In this document: positions 7,087 through 17,640 of the stretch, one piece after another
Layout: each line of letters begins with the position of its first letter
Position numbering within the stretch: the first letter of the stretch is position 1
Virus record (IMG/VR): IMGVR_UViG_3300047554_000527
Span: 72,387 to 136,386 of that record
From: a virus
Lineage: Duplodnaviria > Heunggongvirae > Uroviricota > Caudoviricetes
DNA: 64,000 nt
Reading direction: 5' to 3' (one strand)
Position numbers and translations under genes: made by a program
The notes under the pieces: generated by a model
Seen by the model: only the letters and a program-made list of their open reading frames with translations
Database searches by the model: none
Told to the model about the DNA's origin: nothing

Positions 7087-9441
7087 TTATAACTTACATG
7101 CCTCACAATCGGCATCGTCATAGATAATAACATTGTCTGCGGCATTAATAGCATGACCATTAATACCATTTACTTGTGCAGTCAGTTGAGTGCTAGTCAC
7201 TCCAGACTTTGCGCCCACTTTATTAATTAGGCTGTAATAGATTGTTTTGATACCCCACTTGTAGGCTAACATTAAATTCTTAGCAACTAGTGTGCCAGGA
7301 ACCTTACCGTTCTTAAAGTGTGCAGGATTATAGAATGTGTTAGTACTTAGACTTTGATCAATGTATGCGGCTAACACAGCGGCTGTCTTGAGATAATCAA
7401 CACAGTCTAACTGATCCCACATCAATTGATAACGATTCTTTAAGCGTTTGTACTCGGGTACAACCTGTACAAACGATCCAGCCTTTGATTCCTTAACAGA
7501 AATCAATTCCATCGGCATTTCAATTCCGTTGGTGGAGTTTAACACAACTGAGCTGGACTCTACTGGAGCGACTGCCATTAGTGTAGCATTACGAATACCG
7601 TATTGCTTCATCTTAGCACGTAATGGTTCCCAATCTAGGCTAGGTGTAAAGTCTGTTAGTTCATTAACATTACTGTTACGACGCTCCCAGGGGAATACGC
7701 CCTTGCCGTAGAATGTATGCTCGCTACGCTTACATGCACCGCGTTCTTGTGCTAGTTCAACCGACATCTCAGTTAGATAAAATGCTTGATGTTCAGCCCA
7801 ACGCTTAACTTCGGCTAATGCATCTGCTTCGCCGTACTTAAGGCCGCGCTTGGCATGCCAGTAGGCTAGGTTAGTAATGCCAACACCCAATGGTTCAAAG
7901 TCTTGATTGGCTAAACGACTTTGTACGCTTAAGAAGTCTTGATAGCTCAATAGGTTACTTAGGCTGCGAACTAGCACACGACATGCTTTACGCATTTCTG
8001 CTGGGTTACGGAACGCTCCCCAATTTATTGATCCAAGAGTGCAAAGAGCAATTCTGCCCGCCTCGTCTTCAAGGCGTTGAAAAGGTCTGGTGGGCAAGAG
8101 AATTTCTTGGCAGAGATTTGATTGATATATCGGGTCAAGAGTTGTATCGAACGGGCCTTGGTTGATGACGTTGTCGATATTGACAAGGTAGATTCGTCCA
8201 GTATCCGTACGCTCTTTAAGTATGCCGTTTTTAAACAGTTCTTCGGCCGCAATAACTTTTTTCTTTTTTGTCTTGTCTTGTTCATACTGTAAGTATAGTC
8301 TCTCGAACTCACTAGAGCTACGATAGAATGCTTCATATAAGTCCGGAACTTCACTAGGATCAAATAGTGTAACATCTTCGCCGTTCTTATAACGACGCCA
8401 GAACATAGCATTGACTACAACACTGTAATCCATTTGACGGACGCGAGTTTCTTCTGTTCCTTGGTTGTTCTTTAAAACAATAAGATCTTCAAACTGAGCG
8501 TGCCAAATAGGGAATGTAACTGTACAGCTGGCATTACGAATGCCGCCCTGACTGCAACTACGCAGATCAGCAAACCATTTCTTCAAGAATGGTATTAGAC
8601 CCGTGTGCTTGATTTCTCCATTGCGAATTGGGGCGCCTAAGGGGCGAATTCTGCCTATTTCGAGACCAATACCGGCTCGTTTTGAGGCATATTTGGCCAT
8701 CATTTCGCCAGCTGCAAATATGCTATCCAAAGTATCGTCGCTACTAATGAGAACACAAGAACTAAACTGCTTTGTAGTAGTGCCGAGGCCAGCCAAGACA
8801 GGAGTAGCAAGAGTGAAATGACCAGCACTAGCGCATTCATAATATTCCTTTACCCACTTAAGGCGTGTTTCTTTAGGCTCATTGTGAAAGGCTGTAGCGG
8901 CTGCAACAGCATAACGAACCTGCGGTGTTTCGTAGATTTTGTTAGTTGCACGATTCTGCACTAGATACTTTTCGCATAGTTGTGCAATAGCGGCAAATGT
9001 GTATTGTTCGTCCTTAGCATGGTCAATGAATAGATCGATAATATTCCATTCATCCTCTGAGTACCAATCAAGTAACTCAGCACTGTACATGCCTAGTTCA
9101 ACGTTTTTCTTAATAATGGAATATAACTTAGGTGGATCGTACTCGCCATACACTTCTTTACGTAACATGCTAAGACGTTGCCTGCCTGCTACATATTGAT
9201 AATTTACATTATTAATCTCTGGGTTTTCAGTTTCGTCGATCAAATTAACCATTGCCTTAAGCAATAGTTCGTCGATTGTACTGGTTGTCATTCCGTCATG
9301 GAATTCTAATTGTGCTTTAATTTCAATCATCGATGGACTTACTCCGTCAATGCCTTGGCAACTAAATGCCACCTGTCTCTGTATCTTTGAAATGTCTAGC
9401 GGCATTCTTTGTCCGCTACGTTTAACAACTTGAATAGTCAT
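7087..9441 (-). CDS. nrdA: Ribonucleotide reductase class Ia alpha subunit with ATP-cone
   Basis: N-terminal VVKRSG ATP-cone, ATPVLAG, SSCVL, SNLCQEI, C-terminal CEAC; uninterrupted. Confidence 0.95.
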   Translation of the reverse strand: MTIQVVKRSGQRMPLDISKIQRQVAFSCQGIDGVSPSMIEIKAQLEFHDGMTTSTIDELLLKAMVNLIDETENPEINNVNYQYVAGRQRLSMLRKEVYGEYDPPKLYSIIKKNVELGMYSAELLDWYSEDEWNIIDLFIDHAKDEQYTFAAIAQLCEKYLVQNRATNKIYETPQVRYAVAAATAFHNEPKETRLKWVKEYYECASAGHFTLATPVLAGLGTTTKQFSSCVLISSDDTLDSIFAAGEMMAKYASKRAGIGLEIGRIRPLGAPIRNGEIKHTGLIPFLKKWFADLRSCSQGGIRNASCTVTFPIWHAQFEDLIVLKNNQGTEETRVRQMDYSVVVNAMFWRRYKNGEDVTLFDPSEVPDLYEAFYRSSSEFERLYLQYEQDKTKKKKVIAAEELFKNGILKERTDTGRIYLVNIDNVINQGPFDTTLDPIYQSNLCQEILLPTRPFQRLEDEAGRIALCTLGSINWGAFRNPAEMRKACRVLVRSLSNLLSYQDFLSVQSRLANQDFEPLGVGITNLAYWHAKRGLKYGEADALAEVKRWAEHQAFYLTEMSVELAQERGACKRSEHTFYGKGVFPWERRNSNVNELTDFTPSLDWEPLRAKMKQYGIRNATLMAVAPVESSSVVLNSTNGIEMPMELISVKESKAGSFVQVVPEYKRLKNRYQLMWDQLDCVDYLKTAAVLAAYIDQSLSTNTFYNPAHFKNGKVPGTLVAKNLMLAYKWGIKTIYYSLINKVGAKSGVTSTQLTAQVNGINGHAINAADNVIIYDDADCEACKL

Positions 9442-9503
9442 TGGCCACCTATTATTATATTTTTTGCCCAATGGGCTGTATCTTTTATCTGCGAGAATGA
9501 TAT

Positions 9504-9938
9504 TTACCTTGGCCTAGTTACTTCAATTAGATTTTCCAGGTGAAATGACTCAGGAATATCTCTAGGCACGTTTATACCATTATCTACATAGTTAATAACA
9601 AACTCGTCATCGATGAACACTAGATTGTACTGCTTGGACCTGTCTGCATCTGTATATGTTTTTATCTCGATTTTTGAGTCCTTAAACTTGGCAGTTAATT
9701 TAAGCGTCCAAGCCATCATCAGTACTTTGGTGAAATCATCATACTTATTTTCTATAAGTATTTCCCAAGGAGTGGGCCAACGTTTAGGATTGTAGGGATC
9801 TACGTTACGGTTAAATGGCACGTAAGGAGGATGATCCCAAAATGCAATTAGGTCTTCTAAGGGAGTCGGAGAGCTGTCGAGCAGATGCCGATGCTCTGCC
9901 CAGGCGGACAGCCTCTCATCTGGAGTAAGTTCAAACAT
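9504..9938 (-). CDS. Hypothetical protein
   Basis: 144-aa ORF coupled to the upstream structural gene. Confidence 0.6.
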   Translation of the reverse strand: MFELTPDERLSAWAEHRHLLDSSPTPLEDLIAFWDHPPYVPFNRNVDPYNPKRWPTPWEILIENKYDDFTKVLMMAWTLKLTAKFKDSKIEIKTYTDADRSKQYNLVFIDDEFVINYVDNGINVPRDIPESFHLENLIEVTRPR

Positions 9939-11533
9939 TATCTATAATACGCTACTGTGTAAATCATTGTACCTGTGCCTGCGGCTACAGGATTAGTATA
10001 TTGTACTGCCAGTGTATCATAGAAATCAACAGGGCCGTGATCTAAAAAGCCCGCGGAAAATACAGTATCTCCGTCCGAACTGCCGGCGACTGCGTATGAG
10101 TCCTTATAGGAAATACCAGCCGGACCAGCAACTACACTTAGGGTTCCTTTTCTGGCAATACTTGCCTTTTCCAATGTGTAGTCAATAGTAACGCTAGTTA
10201 CTGTTGTAGCATAAGGAATTTTGAATAGAGTCTGTGTTAGTGTGCTTTCACTAATGGTTGCACGATCCATAAACTTTAATCGAACCTGTGCTGTACCTTC
10301 GATAACTTCGTATTGAGGAGTATCCAAATCAGTAGTCTGCATGTACCATAGGCGTTCAAAATTATCATTGGTAGAACTATTACCGTGGCTTAAGAACGTA
10401 ATAATTGGAGTTACCGGTTCTGCATCCCCGTCTAGGTTATTACCCACGTTGATAAAGTGATTGTTCTCGCTGGCAATTTGAATATTAGTACCAGTGGTTG
10501 CACCTGCCCAAATAGCCTGTCTTTCAATATCTTGGAAAAGGTTATCTTGAATATTGATGCGATAAGGACCAATGCCTGTAGCAGTAGTCACTGTTTCTGC
10601 AAGTGTAATCCCTTTGAACAAGTTTTTAAACTTATTTTCCTTAATAGAAATATCATTAACTTGCCAATCAGAAATGATCGGATAAGACAGATCTTCAAAC
10701 TGGCATCGCTCAATGACGACTTCTGACGTATTATATCCTAGTTCAATTGCAGAGTTTTGATTAGTTGCTGTGTTGCCAGGAACATATACACCTTGGAACT
10801 TAACATCAGAAACTTCGGCTTCGTATGCATAGTTTAAATCGATAAACGGAGTTGTTTGAATAGTTTCAATTGTAGATGTATGCTCAAGCGTCATACCCGA
10901 GATCTTGATACGTTGCGTAACACCCTTCTCTAGATCAGTATCTCCATTGATGTCTTTAGTTGCAAAAATAGTTGTGTTACCAGGGTTGATACTTCTAATG
11001 ATTGTTCTGTCAATGCCATCACCTTTCAGTGTTACATACGGAGGTAGATAAACTGTAGCAGTTGTGTAATACACACCTGCAGGAATTCTAAAAGGAACAC
11101 GACTCTTAGCTTGATCTTTATCAGAGTTAAAGTAAATCTCGTCTATAGCTTTTTGTAACTTAGCAGTAGTGTCAGTACTATCTTCGAAGCCAAAATCAAA
11201 CGCTGTAACAGCATCGTCTAGCTTTTCTTGCAGTGTTCTAACTACGGGATTGTTAGCATCCGGGCCTGTTTCAATTGCTGAAAGACCGTGTCCTCGATAG
11301 GTATAGTCTGTAGCAGTAAAGTTAGCTGTGCTGATTAGATCAAATAGACGTGCTTCAGTAAGAATCTCACTGTTACCAACAGCAGGCGCACCTTCTGCAA
11401 CACTGCCGTTACCAATGAACAAACGCTGTTCATCGACTGACCAACCCATTTCGCCACTGGCTAATTGCGGCATACCCTGCTCAGCAGTTTGCCCTCTTCT
11501 AATTTGTATTTTCGAGATCTGAATAACAGCCAT
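9938..11533 (-). CDS. Virion structural protein (baseplate/tail) with pectin-lyase-like beta-helix
   Basis: MAVIQISKIQIRRG ... LASGEMGW N-terminus; DDTAKLQKAID, IPAGVYY, LKGDG beta-helix cap. Confidence 0.65.
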   Translation of the reverse strand: MAVIQISKIQIRRGQTAEQGMPQLASGEMGWSVDEQRLFIGNGSVAEGAPAVGNSEILTEARLFDLISTANFTATDYTYRGHGLSAIETGPDANNPVVRTLQEKLDDAVTAFDFGFEDSTDTTAKLQKAIDEIYFNSDKDQAKSRVPFRIPAGVYYTTATVYLPPYVTLKGDGIDRTIIRSINPGNTTIFATKDINGDTDLEKGVTQRIKISGMTLEHTSTIETIQTTPFIDLNYAYEAEVSDVKFQGVYVPGNTATNQNSAIELGYNTSEVVIERCQFEDLSYPIISDWQVNDISIKENKFKNLFKGITLAETVTTATGIGPYRINIQDNLFQDIERQAIWAGATTGTNIQIASENNHFINVGNNLDGDAEPVTPIITFLSHGNSSTNDNFERLWYMQTTDLDTPQYEVIEGTAQVRLKFMDRATISESTLTQTLFKIPYATTVTSVTIDYTLEKASIARKGTLSVVAGPAGISYKDSYAVAGSSDGDTVFSAGFLDHGPVDFYDTLAVQYTNPVAAGTGTMIYTVAYYR

Positions 11534-11564
11534 AGTAATATCCTAGTATAAGGATATTTATGCG

Positions 11565-12263
11565 TTATTTGTGATAGTTTATGTAGTAGTCTTCGACTTT
11601 AGCTAGCCACATATCCTGGTATTTGTTAAAGTTATCAGGAGTTAGATCAAACTGTTGATACTGTAAATCACGGCTGCACATAAACACATGCCCTTCGCGA
11701 ATATCTGTACCATAGACTTCGTTATGCGCCATTATATAGGCCATTAGCTGTAGAAAGTAATCTTCAACCCATTCTGCTTTCTTGGGCTTGTTAGTCTGCT
11801 TATAATCGCAAACGCTAGGATTGCCTTTATATACTGCCACTAAGTCTGTTGTACCCGAATACAGTCCCGGAAAATACAAACTCTGTTCCATAGCCCAAAC
11901 TTCATCAACATCCTTAAGACCCTGTTCAATAATAACATTAGCCATTTTATTAGCCTGTACATGCACAAGATTGTTTCCAGGCTGGCGCTCTAATCCTGCT
12001 AAGAAACGTTCTAAGTTGTTGTGCATTGCAGTACCAATACCTGCTGCCTCTTTAGTGATCTGTGCGGCGTTTTCCTCGCCGACACGCTTGCGCCATTCTA
12101 TTAAGTGCGTTTGATCTTTAGTTGAACTAAGGATAGTAGTAACACTAGGAGTCTTTTCACCGTCAGGTGTTAGATAGACACGCTTACGAGTAACTGGATC
12201 ATTAATTTGTTGGCAGGGTTTATATTGTATTCGTTCTACAAATGGAGGGGCTGTATAATTCAT
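11565..12263 (-). CDS. PD-(D/E)XK exonuclease (Cas4/RecB-like phage type)
   Basis: PSVTTIL, GTAMH, GTTDLV, CDYKQ, QLMAY motifs. Confidence 0.85.
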   Translation of the reverse strand: MNYTAPPFVERIQYKPCQQINDPVTRKRVYLTPDGEKTPSVTTILSSTKDQTHLIEWRKRVGEENAAQITKEAAGIGTAMHNNLERFLAGLERQPGNNLVHVQANKMANVIIEQGLKDVDEVWAMEQSLYFPGLYSGTTDLVAVYKGNPSVCDYKQTNKPKKAEWVEDYFLQLMAYIMAHNEVYGTDIREGHVFMCSRDLQYQQFDLTPDNFNKYQDMWLAKVEDYYINYHK

Positions 12264-12270
12264 AGTATTA

Positions 12271-12299
12271 ATTATACTACATTAAAATTGATAATGCAA
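12271..12299 (-). promoter_or_regulatory. Sigma70-type promoter for the exonuclease
   Basis: TTGCAT, 17 nt spacer, TATAAT. Confidence 0.65.
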
Positions 12300-12311
12300 A
12301 TAAAGACTGCC

Positions 12312-12336
12312 AAAAAAAACGGCCCTTTCGAGCCGC
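12312..12336 (-). terminator. Rho-independent terminator
   Basis: CGGCTC-GAAA-GGGCCG followed by T8. Confidence 0.8.
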
Positions 12337-12340
12337 TTGT

Positions 12341-12700
12341 TTATGATAATGGACTATTTAAAAATTGATTGGCTGCTTGACTGGCCATTGAATCTACTGT
12401 GTCCCCGCCGGTTGTTGGTTCCTCTTCCGAGCCATCATCCTGTTTTTCAACTTTGGTAGAAACAATAATTTCGTTTTCGTTATAGTCTCTAATGATGCCC
12501 TGTAAAGAAGGATTGCCATCAACAATCTTTTGGAGTCCTTGGAAATCAACGCTGCCATAACCCATGTTCTTCATCATGTTTGATAGTGCAGGATATGTTA
12601 GTTTGAGCGTAGCATTTTTGGCATTGCTACGCCCCATTTGATTTCTCAGGACCAATTCAAGATCGCGAGCAAAAGTATCTTCTACTTCAAATAATCTCAT
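12341..12700 (-). CDS. Hypothetical head-associated protein
   Basis: MRLFEVE N-terminus; acidic C-terminus; coupled to the upstream gene. Confidence 0.55.
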   Translation of the reverse strand: MRLFEVEDTFARDLELVLRNQMGRSNAKNATLKLTYPALSNMMKNMGYGSVDFQGLQKIVDGNPSLQGIIRDYNENEIIVSTKVEKQDDGSEEEPTTGGDTVDSMASQAANQFLNSPLS

Positions 12701-14292
12701 TTAGATAGTCTTGCAATGATGCTGTGCGCTTCGTTTAGTTTGGCTGCAAATAGTTTGCGGCTTTCACGCATTTCACGTCCGGACATTTCAGCACCGCCTG
12801 CGGCAGCATCGGCAGCACCAAACTCGTCGCCTGCTGGAATTTCTTCGTTGCCTGCGTTCATGCTATCCATACCTGCTTCCGGAGGCATCATATCACCGCC
12901 CATTGTATCCATTGGGCTAGACTCGCCTGCTAGAACTGCAACTGCATTGCTTAACTGCTCACGTGCTTGTGTTAGAGTGTTAAGAGCTGTTTCTAGTGCA
13001 GGAGCAACTGCTTGCTTGAATGTTTCTGCTTGCTCTTGACCAAAGTTAGCACGAATAGCATCTGCTAGTTCAATCATAGATTTTGTTTGATACTGGCCAA
13101 CACGAGTCATCCAGCTGGTAAAGTCATTTACCATATCAGTACCGGCAGTAATAGCTTTAGCCTTGCCTTCTTCGTCTTCAGCTAGTAGTCTGCGAATACT
13201 TTCATTAACTACTTTAACATTTTTCTTGTGTTGGCTTTCTTTCATAGGTTCTTTCTTTCCTTTACGTAGCAACTCGAAGTCTTGCTTATCGAGCTTGCCG
13301 TTATTATTTTTGTCTAGTTTCTTTTGATCTGGATCTTTGAAAGCTTCTTTAACTTTCTTTTCGCCAGCTGCCTTTTTCATAGGCTCTTTCTTGTTACCAT
13401 CTTTATCTAAATCTAGAAAATCTGGCTTAGAACCTTCTTTAACTTTAGCACTCTTCTTGGCTTTTTTAACATCACTGTCATCACCGCCGTCAGTGAATGT
13501 GCTAGACTTACGTGTATAAACTGTACCTGTGCCAGTTTCTTTCCTGTCAAACTTACCAGTAGTCTTTTCCTTTTCTGCACGAGCTTTTGCGTCTGCTACT
13601 GTTGGAAAGCCTTCTTCAACTGCTTCGTCATACTTGTCGTATTTTTTTCTAATAGGATCAAGATCCTTGCCATCTTTACCAGCTTTAGCCAATGCCTGCA
13701 TACCAGCTTTGCCATATTTTTCATGACCCTTAGCCGCACGACTCATTGTCTGCTTGTCGCCTTCTTTTACTGGATATTCTTTACCACCGACTTTAACTTT
13801 TTCGCCCTTTTGAATACCGTCAGCTTTGGCTTTGCGTACTGCGTTACCGAATGCGTTTCCTTCGGTGTTTTCACTTTCTGCAACTTTCTTGGCCTGCGCT
13901 GTAGCAATAGCATAAGCACTGCTCTTGCCTTTGCCTGTACGCTTTTCGGGATTGTCACGCTTGATAGCTTTAACAATCTCTTCTTTCTTTTTCTTTTCAG
14001 CACCGGACAACTTACGTTCCATAATAGCAATGCTTTCACCTAGCATTTCTTTAATGCGTGTGTTTAGCAATCCTACTAGCTGTTTGTTCTTTTGATAAGT
14101 CTCGTTAGTTAATAGATCGTTAAAGTTGCTTTTAGCTTCTAACTGATGTAGTTCAGTACGGATCTTGTTACGAGCGTCTTCTAGCTCTTCACGAGTGTAT
14201 CTGTTTAGATCGACTTTAACGCCGAACTTTTTGTAGAGGTTCTCATTTAACGTATGAGAACTTGCGGGTTTTGTGAAATCGGTGGTCTTCAT
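12697..14292 (-). CDS. Large charged head core/scaffold-like protein
   Basis: 531 aa, K/E-rich low-complexity modules, coiled-coil segments; preceded by TAAATA. Confidence 0.5.
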   Translation of the reverse strand: MKTTDFTKPASSHTLNENLYKKFGVKVDLNRYTREELEDARNKIRTELHQLEAKSNFNDLLTNETYQKNKQLVGLLNTRIKEMLGESIAIMERKLSGAEKKKKEEIVKAIKRDNPEKRTGKGKSSAYAIATAQAKKVAESENTEGNAFGNAVRKAKADGIQKGEKVKVGGKEYPVKEGDKQTMSRAAKGHEKYGKAGMQALAKAGKDGKDLDPIRKKYDKYDEAVEEGFPTVADAKARAEKEKTTGKFDRKETGTGTVYTRKSSTFTDGGDDSDVKKAKKSAKVKEGSKPDFLDLDKDGNKKEPMKKAAGEKKVKEAFKDPDQKKLDKNNNGKLDKQDFELLRKGKKEPMKESQHKKNVKVVNESIRRLLAEDEEGKAKAITAGTDMVNDFTSWMTRVGQYQTKSMIELADAIRANFGQEQAETFKQAVAPALETALNTLTQAREQLSNAVAVLAGESSPMDTMGGDMMPPEAGMDSMNAGNEEIPAGDEFGAADAAAGGAEMSGREMRESRKLFAAKLNEAHSIIARLSK

Positions 14293-14322
14293 GGTTCATT
14301 CCAAAAAAGTTATATGTGTTAT

Positions 14323-14784
14323 TTATAAGAGATTGGTTAATTTTCTAAACGTTTTCATAATGCGGTCTTTAATAGCCTGTTTATGTACCCTGGCAATTTG
14401 CCTGCGGGTATCATAAAAAACCACCTGATCTATGGTATTTTTCTTACGCTTACTAGCCTGTTGATAAAGCTCTTCTTCAAACAGTTTGAATCCGTAATCT
14501 CTATCCGCAATTATCAGCTGGCTATCTACAATCCTGCCTAGTGCTAGATCGTTAGCTACAATAGCGGCTGTTTGCGGTAAATTGATAGTATCGTAATAAA
14601 CAATGTTCTTACTAGAAACACTATAAAGTCCATTTTTATTCTTAGAAACCAAGAATTTTTCGTACTGTATAGATCCGTTAGGCTGTCTAACGGGTATAAC
14701 ATGTCCGCGGGTTTTGAAGTCAGTTAATACTTGTTTTGCAACCAGCTGAAACTGATTAAAGACTGAGTTAGGAATTTTTCTCAT
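14323..14784 (-). CDS. Hypothetical protein
   Basis: 153-aa ORF in the operon. Confidence 0.6.
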   Translation of the reverse strand: MRKIPNSVFNQFQLVAKQVLTDFKTRGHVIPVRQPNGSIQYEKFLVSKNKNGLYSVSSKNIVYYDTINLPQTAAIVANDLALGRIVDSQLIIADRDYGFKLFEEELYQQASKRKKNTIDQVVFYDTRRQIARVHKQAIKDRIMKTFRKLTNLL

Positions 14785-14974
14785 CGCATCTTTTGAAAAT
14801 ATGTTCGCTGTCTTTACTTATTTCGTAGATGCCCTTGCGTACAAGGTTTTGAGCTAGCACTTGATCACGAGGCTCTAGTCCTGTGATTCTAACTTTCCCC
14901 GGATGATCTTTGATGAAGCTGTTTTCTTCGTTAGTCAAAGGAACTTCTAGACCTAATAAATGAACGATTTTCAT
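14768..14974 (-). CDS. Hypothetical protein
   Basis: 68-aa ORF overlapping both neighbours. Confidence 0.55.
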   Translation of the reverse strand: MKIVHLLGLEVPLTNEENSFIKDHPGKVRITGLEPRDQVLAQNLVRKGIYEISKDSEHIFKRCDEKNS

Positions 14975-15552
14975 TTTTGTAATAGATCCTTGGGATTCAG
15001 TGTTAGTTTTGGTACTCCAATGCTAGGTGCTTGACTAGTATCTAGTTCAATACCCTGTGGAGAATTCTTTGTGATTTTAATCTTACCAACGTTCGGTAAG
15101 TCGATTGTGTTGCCCGGTTTTAGTGACATGCCTAAGTCTGCAGGATTCTGTAATTGTGCAGGCTGCTGTGTTTGATCTTGCGGTTGTTGTTTATTACCTA
15201 TTGCCGCTACGGTATTTTTCATACCCAGTTGATTTGCAGCCATGTTCTTTACACCCTGCTTAGCCATTGTACCTAAACCGCTTAGGCTATCTGCTTTACC
15301 TTTAGTAAGTCCAGAAACAAACGAAGCACCAATACTCTTAGGTGCGGTTTGAGTAGTTTTAGTTCCGCCTGGGGTTGCTTGTGTAGGTGCGGCTGTACCT
15401 TGTGCAGTCTGTGTTCCTACACCTTGCTTAACAGCGTTAGGATCCTGAGGTTGTCCAATCTTAGGTTGATTGGCCTGCATTTGTTTTTCGGCTGCGGCAC
15501 GTAGTGCATCAGCAAGACTAGGACCTGTTTCTAAAAGTTCTTGTATTCTCAT
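14971..15552 (-). CDS. Q/T/G-rich hypothetical protein, probably head-internal
   Basis: MRIQELLE N-terminus; low-complexity body. Confidence 0.55.
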   Translation of the reverse strand: MRIQELLETGPSLADALRAAAEKQMQANQPKIGQPQDPNAVKQGVGTQTAQGTAAPTQATPGGTKTTQTAPKSIGASFVSGLTKGKADSLSGLGTMAKQGVKNMAANQLGMKNTVAAIGNKQQPQDQTQQPAQLQNPADLGMSLKPGNTIDLPNVGKIKITKNSPQGIELDTSQAPSIGVPKLTLNPKDLLQK

Positions 15553-15553
15553 A

Positions 15554-16285
15554 TCAGCAGTTCCAGCGTCTTAGGGCTTTGTTAATTGGGCTATCAGGAT
15601 CTCGTTTAGTTTTAGCACCGGCATGTGCTTTCTTCATTCCACTCATACGAGCACAGAAACTCTTACGACGTTTAGCAGCCTTGCCGCCTTTCTTTAATTT
15701 ACTAGGTTTAGTAGTAACTGCGGTCTTTAACTTACTGCCCGGATTTTCTCTACGATATGCTTTAACAGCTTTGCCGCTCATACCATCAGTCTTATCTTTA
15801 CGATTAACTTTCTGCCAATCTTCGGATAAAGAAACTAGATCTAAGTCATCAACAGATTCTAGATCTTCCCAGATAACGTCACTATCAACACCGTGTTTTT
15901 CTGCCCACGATTCGATCATAGACTCGATAATATCAAATCTTGATTCAGCAATTCTTTCTTCTTCGCTTTTCATGTAGTCCCATACAGTAACTAACATGCT
16001 CTTAGCAACAGCAATTTTTTCTTGACACCATTCAGGTAGGTTATCACCGGTGCTAATTAAATCGTCAATGCCAACAACTGCACGTTCTAGGGTTTCTAAA
16101 TTGTTGTCAGCCATACCTGCTTCGTCATCGTACTCGGGATTAAATCCGTTAAGTTCAATGCTTTCTTTAGGAACACAGTTAGGGACAGTCTTGCCGCCTT
16201 TTTTCTTAGTACCAACGGGCTTGTACCCTTTCCAACAAGGATTGTCTGTTCTTAGACTTTCGCTGATAAATTCTCTTGCTTTCAT
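15554..16285 (-). CDS. Modular head-associated protein
   Basis: MKAREFISE start; CWKGYK...VPNCVPKE module; C-terminal RRKSFCARM...KALRRWNC module seen in T4-like phages. Confidence 0.55.
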   Translation of the reverse strand: MKAREFISESLRTDNPCWKGYKPVGTKKKGGKTVPNCVPKESIELNGFNPEYDDEAGMADNNLETLERAVVGIDDLISTGDNLPEWCQEKIAVAKSMLVTVWDYMKSEEERIAESRFDIIESMIESWAEKHGVDSDVIWEDLESVDDLDLVSLSEDWQKVNRKDKTDGMSGKAVKAYRRENPGSKLKTAVTTKPSKLKKGGKAAKRRKSFCARMSGMKKAHAGAKTKRDPDSPINKALRRWNC

Positions 16286-16659
16286 TTTAATACCGCCGCA
16301 ATTTGATCAATGTGACCAGAAACCCATCCTAGTACTGCAACACCGCCTAAAATTGTATAGACCCACTTGCTTTTAAACTTTTCAAGTTCTTCTATTTTTG
16401 CAGTCATTACCTTATGCTGAGCTTTTTCATCTTCATGCAATTTATTAGCATGATCATAAAACTTATCTCGATTGATTCGATATTCGTCGAGCATTTGATC
16501 TAGACGTTCGTTTAGGCCGTCCCTAGTTTTGTCTAGGCAATCGTGCATTTCGGCAACATCTTTTTTTAAGTCGTCGATCTTTTCATCGATGTGTTGAACT
16601 TTAGTTTCAACTACGCTTAATCTTTCTGCTTGAGAAGCCATACGAATTACTTTTCCCAT
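16282..16659 (-). CDS. Coiled-coil protein with C-terminal transmembrane helix
   Basis: Heptad-rich body followed by WVYTILGGVAVLGWV. Confidence 0.55.
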   Translation of the reverse strand: MGKVIRMASQAERLSVVETKVQHIDEKIDDLKKDVAEMHDCLDKTRDGLNERLDQMLDEYRINRDKFYDHANKLHEDEKAQHKVMTAKIEELEKFKSKWVYTILGGVAVLGWVSGHIDQIAAVLK

Positions 16660-16660
16660 G

Positions 16661-17083
16661 TTAGTTGCCTGTTACTGTTTTAATCAGAGTGTTTTTGAAG
16701 TCTGGATCTGTGAGTTCAAAAACTGGCTTGTCTATATTTATTGATTCTGTTAAGTTTTGGATTATGGGCACTTGATCAACATCCGCTGCCAGCCCGCCTA
16801 GCGAGCCTGTAGCATCACCATAGACCATTTCTCTATCAGGTCTGAAGCGCCAGGTCCATACACGATGTTCTCCTTTGAACTTCTTACCAAACCCTAGTCC
16901 TCGAACATCTACTGTTTCTACAGAGGGTTTAAAATCATACTCAACAACACTACGCAATTCTACACACTGTAGCAGTGTTGTCCAGTTACGACATTGATCT
17001 ATCTCTTGTTGTGATCCTTGGCTGGATCGTCTTACACCTGTATCAGTAATATCGATCAATGTTTTAATTTCAATAATTTCCAT
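16661..17083 (-). CDS. Hypothetical protein
   Basis: 140-aa ORF preceded by TAAATA at 17111-17106. Confidence 0.6.
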   Translation of the reverse strand: MEIIEIKTLIDITDTGVRRSSQGSQQEIDQCRNWTTLLQCVELRSVVEYDFKPSVETVDVRGLGFGKKFKGEHRVWTWRFRPDREMVYGDATGSLGGLAADVDQVPIIQNLTESINIDKPVFELTDPDFKNTLIKTVTGN

Positions 17084-17116
17084 TATGTACCTACATTATT
17101 GTAGATATTTATAGTC

Positions 17117-17144
17117 AAAAGAAAAGGGAGTAAAAACTCCCTTT
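17117..17144 (-). terminator. Terminator
   Basis: AAAGGGAGT / ACTCCCTTT inverted repeat followed by a T-run. Confidence 0.65.
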
Positions 17145-17162
17145 GTTGTGTTTCTTAAAGAA

Positions 17163-17546
17163 TTAAGATACGTTAGCAGCTAACATACCAGGAACAACAA
17201 CAGTAGTTGTTACACCTGTAGCAGCGTCTAAAACTGCCTTAACACGTTCAGCAACTGTAGGTGTGCTGTCTGTGTCGTATGCAGGACCTGTTGGTTGTGC
17301 TGTAGCGCCGTCAACCATTACTAGGAAACCGTTGTCAGCACGTGGGCCGATCCAGCTTGTTGTAGCGATTGTTTGTAGGGCACGGATAGCCTTTGTCCAG
17401 TTACCATCAGTGATAGCACCTGTTGTTCCATCAACGCTGTCAGCAGTACCGATGTCAGTACCAGTGATCTTTAAAAATGTTTGTTGGTAGCCACTTAGCA
17501 AGAATTCTGCTGTTACGCCACCGTGGATTCTATTAATTCCAGGCAT
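17163..17546 (-). CDS. Small virion structural protein (possible head decoration), start MPGINR
   Basis: T/A/G-rich; own late promoter, SD AGGAG and terminator suggest high expression. Confidence 0.55.
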   Translation of the reverse strand: MPGINRIHGGVTAEFLLSGYQQTFLKITGTDIGTADSVDGTTGAITDGNWTKAIRALQTIATTSWIGPRADNGFLVMVDGATAQPTGPAYDTDSTPTVAERVKAVLDAATGVTTTVVVPGMLAANVS

Positions 17547-17613
17547 TTTATTTCTCCTTAATCTTAATGCCAAGCACCGCTCCGGTGCATTGTACTTTTA
17601 TTTAGTCCAAAAT

Positions 17614-17637
17614 AAAAAAATAGCCCATTATGGGCTA
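17614..17637 (-). terminator. Terminator
   Basis: TAGCCCA-TAA-TGGGCTA followed by a T-run. Confidence 0.6.
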
Positions 17638-17640
17638 AAA

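Noticed and set aside
7448-9199. Several small ORFs within nrdA as possible intron or homing endonuclease
   Set aside because: nrdA is one continuous frame with normal motifs and length; these are shadow ORFs.
11565-12263. Cas4 as evidence of a CRISPR-Cas system
   Set aside because: It is a standalone phage PD-(D/E)XK exonuclease with no cas1/cas2 or array nearby.
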